From NCBI GenBank assembly GCA_030167145.1, contig CP126532.1, positions 4,110,001-4,142,000 of the forward strand: a stretch of DNA of 32,000 bases, in the 5' to 3' direction. The notes below the pieces were generated by a model that was given only the letters and a program-made list of their open reading frames with translations, was not told the DNA's origin and did not search any database. The position numbers and the translations under genes were made by a program. How positions within the stretch are numbered: position 1 is the first letter of the stretch; each line of letters begins with the position of its first letter. The DNA is from Ktedonobacterales bacterium. GTDB taxonomy: Bacteria; Chloroflexota; Ktedonobacteria; Ktedonobacterales; JADMIN01. Shown one piece after another: positions 17,888 through 27,879 of this stretch.

Positions 17888-18121
17888 CTAACTGACGGCA
17901 TAGACGGTCGTGGAACTGAGCAGGTGCGTGGCATAACTGAGAGCAGCGCGCAACTGATCGGTCGTCAGATGATAGTCTTGCATCACCTCCTCGAAGGAGG
18001 ATCCGCCAGCCAGTTCCCCTAGAATTACCTCGACGGGCACGCGCGTCCCCGCAATGACCGGACGGCCGTGGACGACCCCTAAATCTAGCGTAATGCCTGG
18101 AAAGATTTCATTCGTTATCAT
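17888..18121 (-). CDS. DUF433 domain protein (antitoxin-like partner of DUF5615)
   Basis: VVHGRPVIAGTRVPVEVILGELAGGSSFEEVMQDYHLTTDQLRAALSYA matches the DUF433 core. The start is set at ATG 18121 (MITNEIFPG). Confidence 0.85.
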   Translation of the reverse strand: MITNEIFPGITLDLGVVHGRPVIAGTRVPVEVILGELAGGSSFEEVMQDYHLTTDQLRAALSYATHLLSSTTVYAVS

Positions 18122-18215
18122 GAATCGAAAGCGCCTCTGCGCTAGCCAGTATGGGCGACGGACATACCTGCGCGCAACCATTTCCTTTTGGCGAGGATAT
18201 CGCAGCCTGATCCGA

Positions 18216-18626
18216 TCACACGGCGGCTTTTGATCGTGCCTCGCTCGCAGACGCCGAAGCTGTCAATGACGCCGTTACGCGCACGGCTTGTGCTGACCCT
18301 TGGTTCAGCATACCACTACTATAAATGCCGTCTATGGGCGCGCTATCCCCATAGACGTTACAATACATCGTCACAGAGAAACGAACGGTCTGGATGCTGT
18401 CATGGTTGCCGTGCGCGTTCATCATGTCTTGGAGAACCTTGTTCTGCGTATCCGTATCCGCTTGCGCAAATTGCTGACAACTTGAGTGCTCATTCAGCGT
18501 GGCGTTGGCGGAACAACTGCGGATAAAGCCCACAACGAGGAAGATAACGAATATGACAACCGCAAGCTTGATTATCGCATTCCATCCTTCACCGATGAGT
18601 CCAATGATGATGCCAAGAGCTTTCAT
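18216..18626 (-). CDS. Hypothetical membrane-anchored protein (136 aa) with a 3-Cys extracytoplasmic domain
   Basis: The ATG at 18626 is preceded by AAAGGGAGGGG 7 nt upstream. ALGIIIGLIGEGWNAIIKLAVVIFVIFLVVGFI is a signal anchor. It is followed by SCSANATLNEHSSCQQFAQADTDTQNKVLQDMMNAHG...VTMYCNVYG. Local GC is about 45-50%, well below most of the window. Confidence 0.65.
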   Translation of the reverse strand: MKALGIIIGLIGEGWNAIIKLAVVIFVIFLVVGFIRSCSANATLNEHSSCQQFAQADTDTQNKVLQDMMNAHGNHDSIQTVRFSVTMYCNVYGDSAPIDGIYSSGMLNQGSAQAVRVTASLTASASASEARSKAAV

Positions 18627-18943
18627 GCTAGCGCCCCTCCCTTTCACATGTACATGCTGTACTGGATTACTTATCGCCAAAGACGAATCTGTGGCAGCAT
18701 CACTAGTAGAAACGTCTGGAATGGAAACTTGTAACGCCACGAGCAAAGCATACGTCAGACTTCGATCACACCTGTTGTCGCGCCATGTTCATCAGAATGA
18801 AAACAGGCGGACTAGCTAGATGCTCATTCCGTCTCTCAGCAAACCCGCCGCAATGCTATGTGCTCACACCATCCTGCGCTGCCCTGGTCCTGTGCTACAC
18901 TATCCCGCAAAGCATCAGAAACCGTGTGTGAGGAGAAGGCCAG

Positions 18944-21900
18944 ATGGTTGCGATAAAGCATATTGCCCCCACGTTTACTGAAGACGATGCCCGCCGTATC
19001 GCCGCCGAGCTATACGGCATCCAGGCAGAGCCGCAGGCGCTCCCAGGGGAACACGACCGCAACTTCCATCTGAAGACTGCGGACGGCGCGGAGTATGTGC
19101 TGAAGATCTCGCATGCGGCGGAGCAGCGCGACCTGCTCGACCTGCAAAACGCGGCGCTGGCGCATCTGGCCGAGCAGGCTCCCACCCTGGCGCTGCCCCG
19201 TGTGCAAGCGACGCTGGCGGGCGAGCTGCTGGCGTCGCTGCCGGGCACAGATGGCGCATCGCATTTCGTGCGCCTGCTCACTTATGTGCCAGGGCGCCTC
19301 TTTGCCGTAACCGACCCGCACACGCCCGAACTCTTGCACAGCCTGGGCACGCTGCTCGGCACGATGGACCGCGCGCTGCTCGATTTCAGCCATCCAGCGG
19401 CGGACCGGGAATTGAAATGGGATATACCGCGTGCCGCCTGGATTCGCGACTACCTCCACCATATCTCCGCACCTGCGCGCCGCACGCTCGTCGAGCGGTT
19501 CCTCGCCGAGTTCGAGCGCGACACGCTGCCGCTACTGCCAGACCTGCGCGCCAGTGTCATCTACAACGATGCCAACGACTACAATATCGTCGTGGATGCG
19601 AATGAGAGCGGCCAGCGCCGTGTGGTCGGCGTGATTGACTTCGGCGACATGACCCGTACCACCACCGTCTGCGAGCTGGCCATCGCCCTGGCCTACGCCA
19701 TGATGGGGAAGCCCGATCCACTGGCGGCGGGCGCGCAGGTGGTCGCGGGCTATCACGCCGCCCTGCCGCTCACCGAGGCAGAGCTAGCGGCGCTCTATCC
19801 GCTTGCGCTGGCGCGACTCTGCGTCAGCGTCACTAACTCAGCCTATCAGCAGAGCATTGACCCAGCGAACGAGTATCTTCAGATCAGCGACCGTCCCGCG
19901 TGGGAACTGCTGGAGCGGCTCGCGGAGATTCCCGCCCCGCTGGCGCACTACACCTTCCGCCATGCCTGCGGCCTGCCCGCCGTGCCCGCCGCGCCCACAG
20001 TCGTCCGCTGGCTCACAGACCACCGCGCTGAGCTTGGGCGGATCGTCGAGCCGGACCTCGCGACCGAGCCAGCCGTCATCTTCGACCTCAGCATTGGCAA
20101 CCGCGACCTGGGCAACTTCCCCGACTTCGAGGATGCCGACGCCTTCACACGCAATCTCTTCGCGCAGATGGCAGCGTCGCAGACCAGCGTGGGCATCGGC
20201 AGATACAACGAGACGCGCCCGATCTACACCACCGACGCCTACAAAATCGCGGGCAACGACGGGCCGGAGTGGCGCACCGTACACCTGGGACTGGATGTCT
20301 TCATGGCAGCGGGCGCGCCAGTCTTTGCGCCGCTGGATGGTGTGGTCCACAGTTTCCGCAATAACGACGCGCCCAAGGACTACGGCCCGACGATCATCCT
20401 GGAACATACGGTGAATGATGGCTCACTGACCTTCTATACGCTCTACGGCCATCTCAGCCTCGACTCACTTGACGGGCTGAGCGTAGGTATGCCCGTCAGG
20501 CGCGGCGCACGCATCGCCAGCATGGGTGATGAAACAGTGAACGGCGGCTGGCCGCCACATCTGCACTTCCAGATCATCATAGATCTGCTAGGCCAAGTGG
20601 GCGAATTTCCGGGCGTGGGGCGCCCTAGCGAGCGCGGCGTGCGTCTCAGCCTCAGCCCAGACCCGAACCTGATCGCCCGCATCCCAGCAGAACGCCTCGC
20701 CGACGAGCGCATGAGCAGCGCAGCCATCCTGGCGGTGCGCAAGCGACATCTTGGCGGTAACCTGAGCATTTCGTATCAGCAGCCGCTCAAGATCGTGCGC
20801 GGCTACATGCAGCACCTCTACGACGAAGATGGCCGTGCCTATCTGGACGCCGTGAACAACGTGCCGCACGTTGGCCACAGTCATCCGCGCGTGGTCCAGG
20901 CAGGGCAGCGGCAGATGGCCGTGCTTAACACCAACACCCGCTATCTCCATGAAGACCTGGCACGCTATGCCGAACGGCTCTGCGCGACCCTGCCGGAGCC
21001 GCTCAGTGTCTGCTACTTCGTCTGTTCGGGCAGCGAGGCGAACGAGCTGGCGCTACGCTTGGCGCGGACGCATACCCGTCGCAGAGATGTCGTGGTGGTG
21101 GATGTCGCCTACCACGGCAACACCGGCGGACTGATCGAGATCAGCCCCTACAAGGCGGAGGGCCAGGGCGGCGCGGGCCTGCCGCCGTGGGTCCATAAGA
21201 CGCCCATGCCCGACACGTATCGTGGCGCGTACAAGCGCGATGATCCCCACGCAGGCGGGCGCTACGCGAGCGATGTCGCGGCGGCCATCGAACGGGCGCG
21301 GGCGGGCGAGCGGAGCAAAGCGGGCGGCGGCAATGAAATTGCGGCGTTCATCTGCGAATCGGTGCTGGGCTGCGGCGGCCAGATCGTGTTGCCGGATGGG
21401 TATCTGTCAGCGGCGTATCAGCACGTGCGCGCGGCGGGCGGCGTCTGCATCGCCGATGAGGTGCAGACCGGCTTCGGGCGCGTCGGCTCGCACTTCTGGG
21501 CCTTCGAGACACAAGGCGTCGTGCCCGACATCGTGACGATGGGCAAGCCGATGGGCAATGGCCATCCACTCGCCGCCGTCGTCACCACGCCGGAGATCGC
21601 CGCCTCCTTCGACAACGGCATGGAGTATTTCAACACCTTCGGCGGTAATCCCGTTTCCTGCGCCATTGGCCTCGCCGTGCTGGATGTCATCGCGGATGAA
21701 CAGTTGCAAGCGCATGCGCTGGAAACTGGCAATCATCTGTTGGCCGGGCTGCGCGCGTTGATGCCGCGCTACCCGCTCATCGGCGATGTGCGCGGGCTGG
21801 GCCTCTTCATCGGCATCGAACTGGTGCTCGACCGCGCGACCCTGGCGCCAGCGGCAGCGCAAGCGGCCTACATCGCCAACCGTATGCGCGCCCGCGGTGT

Positions 21901-22033
21901 GCTGCTCAGCACCGATGGCCCCTTCCACAACGTCCTGAAAATCAAGCCGCCCATGCCCTTCAACACCACCAACGCCGATTTCCTGCTCGCCACACTTGAG
22001 CGCATCCTCGCCGAAGACGATGCCCAGCCGTAG
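18944..22033 (+). CDS. Tri-domain fusion: APH-like kinase + M23 (LytM)-like domain + class-III PLP aminotransferase of the phospho-lyase type
   Basis: GAGGAG lies 8 nt upstream of the ATG.
- Residues 1-345 form the kinase: catalytic loop [13 protein letters not shown] and IDFGD.
- Residues ~415-548 form the M23-like domain: HLGLD (HxxxD) and PPHLHFQI (HxH).
- Residues ~600-1029 form the aminotransferase: [18 protein letters not shown], the PLP lysine in [11 protein letters not shown], and [16 protein letters not shown]. Confidence 0.93.
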   Translation: MVAIKHIAPTFTEDDARRIAAELYGIQAEPQALPGEHDRNFHLKTADGAEYVLKISHAAEQRDLLDLQNAALAHLAEQAPTLALPRVQATLAGELLASLPGTDGASHFVRLLTYVPGRLFAVTDPHTPELLHSLGTLLGTMDRALLDFSHPAADRELKWDIPRAAWIRDYLHHISAPARRTLVERFLAEFERDTLPLLPDLRASVIYNDANDYNIVVDANESGQRRVVGVIDFGDMTRTTTVCELAIALAYAMMGKPDPLAAGAQVVAGYHAALPLTEAELAALYPLALARLCVSVTNSAYQQSIDPANEYLQISDRPAWELLERLAEIPAPLAHYTFRHACGLPAVPAAPTVVRWLTDHRAELGRIVEPDLATEPAVIFDLSIGNRDLGNFPDFEDADAFTRNLFAQMAASQTSVGIGRYNETRPIYTTDAYKIAGNDGPEWRTVHLGLDVFMAAGAPVFAPLDGVVHSFRNNDAPKDYGPTIILEHTVNDGSLTFYTLYGHLSLDSLDGLSVGMPVRRGARIASMGDETVNGGWPPHLHFQIIIDLLGQVGEFPGVGRPSERGVRLSLSPDPNLIARIPAERLADERMSSAAILAVRKRHLGGNLSISYQQPLKIVRGYMQHLYDEDGRAYLDAVNNVPHVGHSHPRVVQAGQRQMAVLNTNTRYLHEDLARYAERLCATLPEPLSVCYFVCSGSEANELALRLARTHTRRRDVVVVDVAYHGNTGGLIEISPYKAEGQGGAGLPPWVHKTPMPDTYRGAYKRDDPHAGGRYASDVAAAIERARAGERSKAGGGNEIAAFICESVLGCGGQIVLPDGYLSAAYQHVRAAGGVCIADEVQTGFGRVGSHFWAFETQGVVPDIVTMGKPMGNGHPLAAVVTTPEIAASFDNGMEYFNTFGGNPVSCAIGLAVLDVIADEQLQAHALETGNHLLAGLRALMPRYPLIGDVRGLGLFIGIELVLDRATLAPAAAQAAYIANRMRARGVLLSTDGPFHNVLKIKPPMPFNTTNADFLLATLERILAEDDAQP

Positions 22034-22328
22034 ATAAGGTCGTGGTCGTACACGACCAGCGCAGGGCCAACTGATACTGTATGAGGCGGCGTCCGGTGAA
22101 TGGCGCGGGCGAGATGGTGGGTGAGCAGGCGGCATGAAGGCCACATCTTGCCATTTTCCCCCATCCTTGCCCATACTTAGCTACAGGGTGGCCGTGGCCG
22201 CATAGACTGTGCCCCGATGCCAGTTCGTGCCATAGAGCCAGCGCAACGAACGCACAGACGCGCGCACCACGCGCACCGTCTCCTGCCGGGTAACAGCGGC
22301 GCGCGGCAGCCTCAAGAATGGAGTGGAT

Positions 22329-24764
22329 ATGGCGGGGGCAAGGTCTCAGCGGGCGACGGATGATCTGCCCGCACACACGGAAGTCGTTCTGCGCAATGCG
22401 TGGCTGCACCTACGCTACCGCCCATCCGGCGAACTGGTCGTCACACGTGATGGCGACGACCATTCCCTGGTGATCGGCGGCCCGCTGATCGAACTCACTC
22501 CGGGCAATATCACGCGGCGGGGTCGCGCCGCCATCGCTTCCCCGCCAGACGATGCTGCCACGCCAGAACCTGAGCCGTTCGCCGATGTGCATGGCGCGGG
22601 CACATGCCTGCGCGTGGCGCTGGCGCTGGGTGATACGCCGCTGGCCGTCGCCTGGGTCATCCGCCTGTATGACAACCTGCCTTGTGCCGTCCTGGAACTG
22701 ACCGCGCGCAACACTGGCACGGAACCGCTGCGCCTGCGACGCATGTTCCCCTTCGCGGCGGGCGCGTGGTGGGCCAAAGACACGCTGCGCCTGGGCGAAC
22801 GCAGCCACGACTTCTCGGTTTACAAAAGCGGCTGGCAATCCTGGAGCTATGCGGGCGGGCTGCCGCCCGGCACGGGCGATCCACGACCGCGCGTGCCCAC
22901 CAATGTCGCGTGGCACAGCCCCGGCGGCGCGACCTCGCCGCAGCCCGTTGTGGGGACGGTGGACGTGGTGAGCGAAGCCGCGGGCATGCTGGGCCACCCA
23001 GAGCAGACTGAGGCGCTGCTGCTGGGCTTCCTGGGGGCAGAAACTTGGCTCGGTTCAATCTATGCCCAGCGGCGTGAGGGCGCATTCGCCGCCGCCGCGC
23101 TTCTGGACGATGCGCTGCTGCCGCCCGGCGCGACACTCAGCGCGCCGCCGCTGGCGCTGGCGCTGGGCGAGCAGACGCGGCTACTAGAGCAGTACGCTGC
23201 GCTGGTGGCAGTCGAGCAGGGCGCGCGTGGGTGCGATGCCGTCACGCCGAGCGGGTGGTGTAGCTGGTATTACTACTTCACCGAGGTCACCGAGGCAGCG
23301 ATCCTCGAAAACCTGACGCAGATGCGCGCGTTGCGTCCCGCGCTGCCGCTTGCGGTCGCGCAGATTGACGACGGCTACCAGACGGCCATAGGCGACTGGC
23401 TCAGCGTCAACACCAAGTTCCCATCGGGGATGGCCGCGCTCGCCGAACGCATCCGTGCGGCGGGCTTCCGCCCAGGACTGTGGCTCGCACCCTTCACCGT
23501 CGCCGCCAACAGCCAACTTGCGAAGGAGCATCCCGACTGGCTGGTGCATGATGCGCGGGGCAAGCCCGTCTTCGGCGGCCACAACTGGGATATAGACCTC
23601 TACGGGCTGGATACGACGCACCCCGGCGCACGCGACTGGCTGCGTCAGCTCTTCACCACGCTGGTGCGCGAGTGGGGCTATGCGTATCTCAAACTGGATT
23701 TCCTCGTCTCTGGCGCGCTCCCTGGCCAGCGCCACGATGCGACGGCCACCCGCGCCAGCGCGCTGCGCGATGGCCTGCGGCTGATCCGCGAGGTAGTCGG
23801 CGACGAGGTGTTTCTGCTGGGCTGTGGCTGCCCGCTGCTCAGCGCCGTGGGCATCGTAGACGCGATGCGCATCGGTCCGGATAGCGCGCCCTACTGGGGG
23901 CCGCGCTACAAAGGCGTGCCCATGCCCTTCAATGAGGGGTTCGCACTCCCCGCGCAGGAAGGCGCGATCCGCAATACGCTCACCCGCGCCTGGACCCATC
24001 GCGCGTGGTGGCTCAACGATCCCGACTGCCTGCTGGTACGTGAGCGCGAATCCGAATTGACGCTGGATGAGGTGCGGTCGCTCGCCACGGCCATAGGGCT
24101 GACCGGTGGCATGGTGCTCGCCTCGGACCGGCTGGCGGAACTGAGCGCCGAGCGTGTGGATCTGCTCGCGCAATTGCTGCCACCGATGCCGGAGTGCGCG
24201 CTGCCCGTCAACAGCTTCGACTTCGGCATCCCCGAACTGGTGAGCGTGCGCATCCAGCGGCCCTGGGGCGAGTGGCTGCTGGCCGGCGTCTTCAATCGCA
24301 CCGATGGCGAGCGCACGGTGGCGCTGCGCTGGGCCGACCTGGGGCTGGCAAGCGGCACATACCACGCGGCAGAGTTCTGGTCGAAGCAGTATCTTGGCGC
24401 TTCGAGCAGCGGGATCGAACTACGGCTCGAAGCGCATGGCTGCGCGGCGCTGGCGATCCACCGGCAGAGCGACGCGCCGCTGCTGCTCTCCACGAGCTTC
24501 CACATCGCGCAGGGAGCGGTGGAGATTGCGGCGTGGGATTACGACACAGAGGCGCGGACGCTGCGCTGGCGGGCGGAGATTGGCAGGCGCGCGAGCGGCA
24601 CGTTCATGCTGTGGCTGCCCGACGACCTGACGCCCCATACGCTCAGCAGCACGGCAGAGCGCGCGAGCTGGCGGCGCGAGGTGACGGGCGAGATCGTCGT
24701 CACCGCGTGGATTGTAGATCACGCGGACTTCGTAATGGAACTGGAAGATAGAGACAGGCGGTAA
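22329..24764 (+). CDS. GH36-family alpha-galactosidase-like glycoside hydrolase
   Basis: Diagnostic motifs are GWCSWYYYF, IDDGYQ, YLKLDFL (nucleophile Asp context), LGCGCP, MRIGPDSAP and WLNDPDCLL. The ATG at 22329 follows GGAG at 5-nt spacing. Confidence 0.88.
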   Translation: MAGARSQRATDDLPAHTEVVLRNAWLHLRYRPSGELVVTRDGDDHSLVIGGPLIELTPGNITRRGRAAIASPPDDAATPEPEPFADVHGAGTCLRVALALGDTPLAVAWVIRLYDNLPCAVLELTARNTGTEPLRLRRMFPFAAGAWWAKDTLRLGERSHDFSVYKSGWQSWSYAGGLPPGTGDPRPRVPTNVAWHSPGGATSPQPVVGTVDVVSEAAGMLGHPEQTEALLLGFLGAETWLGSIYAQRREGAFAAAALLDDALLPPGATLSAPPLALALGEQTRLLEQYAALVAVEQGARGCDAVTPSGWCSWYYYFTEVTEAAILENLTQMRALRPALPLAVAQIDDGYQTAIGDWLSVNTKFPSGMAALAERIRAAGFRPGLWLAPFTVAANSQLAKEHPDWLVHDARGKPVFGGHNWDIDLYGLDTTHPGARDWLRQLFTTLVREWGYAYLKLDFLVSGALPGQRHDATATRASALRDGLRLIREVVGDEVFLLGCGCPLLSAVGIVDAMRIGPDSAPYWGPRYKGVPMPFNEGFALPAQEGAIRNTLTRAWTHRAWWLNDPDCLLVRERESELTLDEVRSLATAIGLTGGMVLASDRLAELSAERVDLLAQLLPPMPECALPVNSFDFGIPELVSVRIQRPWGEWLLAGVFNRTDGERTVALRWADLGLASGTYHAAEFWSKQYLGASSSGIELRLEAHGCAALAIHRQSDAPLLLSTSFHIAQGAVEIAAWDYDTEARTLRWRAEIGRRASGTFMLWLPDDLTPHTLSSTAERASWRREVTGEIVVTAWIVDHADFVMELEDRDRR

Positions 24765-24767
24765 TCC

Positions 24768-25406
24768 ATGGCGAGCGATGCTGACAGCGGGCAACCCACC
24801 GTAGGGGTGTCCGGTGGACGCCCGCCGCTGATCGTGGGCATCAGCGGATCGAGCGGGGCGCTGCTGGCCCGACGCACGATGGAGGTGCTGGGCGAGCTAG
24901 GCGTGCCGGTGCATCTCACCTATACGCGCGCCTGCCGTCAGGTCTGGCCGGATGAGGTTGGCCACCCGCTCGCCGACGACCTGGCCGTGTGGAAAGAGCG
25001 CTTCGCGACGCGTGTCTTCAACCCGGAGGACTTCCGCGCGCCGATGTCGAGCGGCAGCTTCGCGACGATGGGCATGCTCGTCGTACCCTGCTCGATGCGT
25101 ACCGTGTCGGCGATTGCCAACGGCCTGTCGTCGAACCTGCTCGAACGCGCCGCCGATGTGGTCATCAAGGAAGCGCGCCCGCTGGTGCTGATGCCGCGCG
25201 AAGCGCCGCTTTCGGCGATCCATCTGGAGAACATGCTGAAGCTGGCGCGGCTGGGGGTGCGCATCGTGCCGCCGATGCCCCAGTTCTACCTGCATCCGCA
25301 GACCGCCGACGAGATCATAGACCGCATCGTGCGCCGCACCCTGGCCGTGCTCGGCCTAGCAGAAGCGCTGCCCGCCGAACTGCGCTGGCGCGGCGACGAG
25401 GAGTAA
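24768..25406 (+). CDS. ubiX: Flavin prenyltransferase UbiX
   Basis: Diagnostic motifs are LIVGISGSSGA, MLVVPCSMRTVSAIANG, KEARPLVLMPREAPLS and RLGVRIVPPMPQFY. The start lies 3 nt after the GH36 stop. Confidence 0.93.
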   Translation: MASDADSGQPTVGVSGGRPPLIVGISGSSGALLARRTMEVLGELGVPVHLTYTRACRQVWPDEVGHPLADDLAVWKERFATRVFNPEDFRAPMSSGSFATMGMLVVPCSMRTVSAIANGLSSNLLERAADVVIKEARPLVLMPREAPLSAIHLENMLKLARLGVRIVPPMPQFYLHPQTADEIIDRIVRRTLAVLGLAEALPAELRWRGDEE

Positions 25407-25415
25407 TCTCATGCG

Positions 25416-25811
25416 CTAGCGCACGTCATGTCCCGCACCAGTGAGCGCCGCGCGTGCGCGTGGCAGGTCCGCGCTCTGGATGAGGAGGTAATCGGTATCA
25501 TACGTCGCCACCGCGAACACGCTGATACCCACATGCGCCAGCGGCGCGGCCAGCGCGACCATCACGCCAGTCAGCGCGAAGTCCAGCGGCCCTTCCACCT
25601 TCAGGCAGCAGTAATCGGAGACTGCCTGCACGCCCGTGGGCACACGTGCCTGAGGACAGACGATGGATAGCTCATCCGCTGTGCGGGTGATGCTCACGAA
25701 GTCGCCGTGCTCCACCTCCGCTGCCCATGCCGGAAGCGGCGCGTCCGGCGGCAGGCGGCAGATGGCGAATAGCTCTGGCAGCAGGATGAGGGCTAGTGTG
25801 GGCTGGCTCAT
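25416..25811 (-). CDS. ACT-domain (ACT_7/CASTOR-like) small-molecule-binding protein
   Basis: The sequence ...FAICRLPPDAPLPAW...FVSITRTADELSIVC...LKVEGPLDFALTGVMVALAAPLAHVGISVFAVATYDTDYLLI fits this family. The start is set at ATG 25811, 41 nt after the upstream methyltransferase stop. Confidence 0.8.
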   Translation of the reverse strand: MSQPTLALILLPELFAICRLPPDAPLPAWAAEVEHGDFVSITRTADELSIVCPQARVPTGVQAVSDYCCLKVEGPLDFALTGVMVALAAPLAHVGISVFAVATYDTDYLLIQSADLPRARAALTGAGHDVR

Positions 25812-25851
25812 AGCGCGCGTTCGTTCCCTCTCTGAGGTGACTTTGACGTAA

Positions 25852-27879
25852 CTATGACGAGCGCCGAGCATCGGCCGTGCTGGCGGTTCGCAATAGCTCT
25901 TGGGCCAGCTCGCCGACTAGATCGTAGCGGCCATACGACGGCATCAGATAGCACCCCTGAATCAGGCGACGGTCGCGGGCCTGGGTGATCACCTCATGGG
26001 CGAGCGCGATGCCCACCTCGCGGCCACGGTCGCCCGCCGCGCGCATGCGTGCGCGCACGGCGTCGGGGATGCTGATGCCGGGCACCTCGTTGTGCAGATA
26101 TTCGGCATGCTTCGAGCTATGCAGCGGAATCATGCCGAGAATCAGCGGCACGGGGACGGGGCCAAAGGTAGTGAGGAAGCGTTCCAGCGGTTCCAGGTCG
26201 TAGATGGGCTGGGTCATGATGTATTGCGCGCCGGCATCGAGCTTGGCGCGCAGACGGCGCAACTCTAGCTCGGTTTCGGTGAGATGCGCCTGCGGGTGGG
26301 CGCTGGCGGCGCGTGTCTCGTGCCTGGCGGTGGGCAGCTTGCGGCGCGAGCGTTCGCGTTCGATGTCAATGGCGGTGTCTTCCATGTTCAGGTTGAGCGC
26401 CGAGCCGATATGGAACGCGGCGTTCATGCCCAGCGATGCCCCCGCTGCGTCGTGCCCGGCGTTCATGCCGCGCAAGATGTCTATCAGACCCACGGAGTCT
26501 ACATCCCAGACGCCGGTGAGGTTGGGGTAGTTGCCCGCGTGCAGCGGATCGCCGGTGAGAGCAAGAATGTTGTGGATGCCCAGGGCGTGCGCGCCGAGCA
26601 GGTCGGATTGCACAGCCATGAGATTGCGGTCGCGGGTGGTGAAGTGGATGATCGCTTCCAGGTCCAGCGCGTCGCGCAGCAGGCGAGCCATCGCCATGCA
26701 ACTCATACGCACACGCGCCATCGGGCTATCGGCGATATTGACAAAGGTGACGCCCATGTTCTTGAGGTAGGCCGCGCCGTCGAGAATCTTGGTGGGGTTG
26801 AGACCCTTGGGCGGGTCAAGCTCGATGCTGACGACAAAGCGCCCGGCCTCTAGCTCCTGGCGGAAGCGTGTCTGTGGCGCGGAGGCTCCCATGTCAACCG
26901 CTTCCGTCATCACCGGCGGTGCGGAGACCGGCGCGGCGACGGGCCAGAGGGTGGGGGCGCTATCGGGCAGATAGCCCGCGAGCGCCTCATGCATCGCGGC
27001 GATATGGTCCGGCGTGGTGCCGCAGCAGCCGCCGATGAGGCTGACGCCGGCATCGGCGAACTGGCGCGCGTAGTCGGCGAAGTAGTGGGGAGTAGAGACG
27101 TAGAGGAAGCGATTTTCGACGCGGGTGGGCAGGCCCGCGTTGGGCTGCGCAGAGAGCAGCACTGCGCCCGCGCCTAGCGACGCGAGGCCACCGGACATCT
27201 CGCGAACGGCGTCGAAGGCGCCCGCCGGGCCGATGCTACAGTTCGTGCCGACCACATCCACACCCAGCGCCGCCAGCGCCAGCGCGGCTTCCGTCGGCGT
27301 CGCGCCAGCGGTGGTCTGTCCCTCTTCGGTGAAGGTCATCTGCGCCACCAGCGGCAGCCCACCAACCTCACGCGCGGCCAGCGCCGCCTGGCGTAGCTCG
27401 GCCAGATTCGAGAACGTTTCGAGGATGATGAGGTCCACACCGCCCTCTACCAGCGCCTCGATCTGGTCGCGAAAGAGGGTGCGCAGCGTGGCGAGTTTCT
27501 GTTCGTCGCCAGGGCCGATGTTCAGAAGGCCAGAGGGGCCAACCGCGCCCGCGACGAAGACCGGCTGCCCGGCGATCTCGCGCGCTTCGCGGGCAATCTG
27601 CGCGGCGCGGCGATTGATGGCGCGGGCGGACTCGGCGAGGCCATAGGCGCTGAGTTTGGCAGTATTCGCGCCGAAGGTGTTGGTCTCGACAACCTGCGCC
27701 CCCGCGCGGATGTAATCGCGGTGAATCTCCTGCACCAGTTCTGGCGCGGTCAACACCAGTTCGTCGAAGCAGCGCCCATGCGTGCTGTGTTCGGGAGCGC
27801 GGGCGTAGAGCATGGTGCCCATAGCGCCATCGCAGAGCAGCGGCCCCTGGCGCAGACGGTTCAGAAATGGTTCGCTCAT
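25852..27879 (-). CDS. Bifunctional homocysteine S-methyltransferase / 5,10-methylenetetrahydrofolate reductase (B. subtilis YitJ-like architecture)
   Basis: The N-terminal Hcy-binding domain has LLCDGAMGTMLY and the Zn-ligand motif GGCCGTTPDHI. The C-terminal MTHFR domain has VSIELDPPKG, HFTTRDRN and NILALTGDP. GAGGAG lies 8 nt upstream of the ATG at 27879. Confidence 0.93.
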   Translation of the reverse strand: MSEPFLNRLRQGPLLCDGAMGTMLYARAPEHSTHGRCFDELVLTAPELVQEIHRDYIRAGAQVVETNTFGANTAKLSAYGLAESARAINRRAAQIAREAREIAGQPVFVAGAVGPSGLLNIGPGDEQKLATLRTLFRDQIEALVEGGVDLIILETFSNLAELRQAALAAREVGGLPLVAQMTFTEEGQTTAGATPTEAALALAALGVDVVGTNCSIGPAGAFDAVREMSGGLASLGAGAVLLSAQPNAGLPTRVENRFLYVSTPHYFADYARQFADAGVSLIGGCCGTTPDHIAAMHEALAGYLPDSAPTLWPVAAPVSAPPVMTEAVDMGASAPQTRFRQELEAGRFVVSIELDPPKGLNPTKILDGAAYLKNMGVTFVNIADSPMARVRMSCMAMARLLRDALDLEAIIHFTTRDRNLMAVQSDLLGAHALGIHNILALTGDPLHAGNYPNLTGVWDVDSVGLIDILRGMNAGHDAAGASLGMNAAFHIGSALNLNMEDTAIDIERERSRRKLPTARHETRAASAHPQAHLTETELELRRLRAKLDAGAQYIMTQPIYDLEPLERFLTTFGPVPVPLILGMIPLHSSKHAEYLHNEVPGISIPDAVRARMRAAGDRGREVGIALAHEVITQARDRRLIQGCYLMPSYGRYDLVGELAQELLRTASTADARRSS

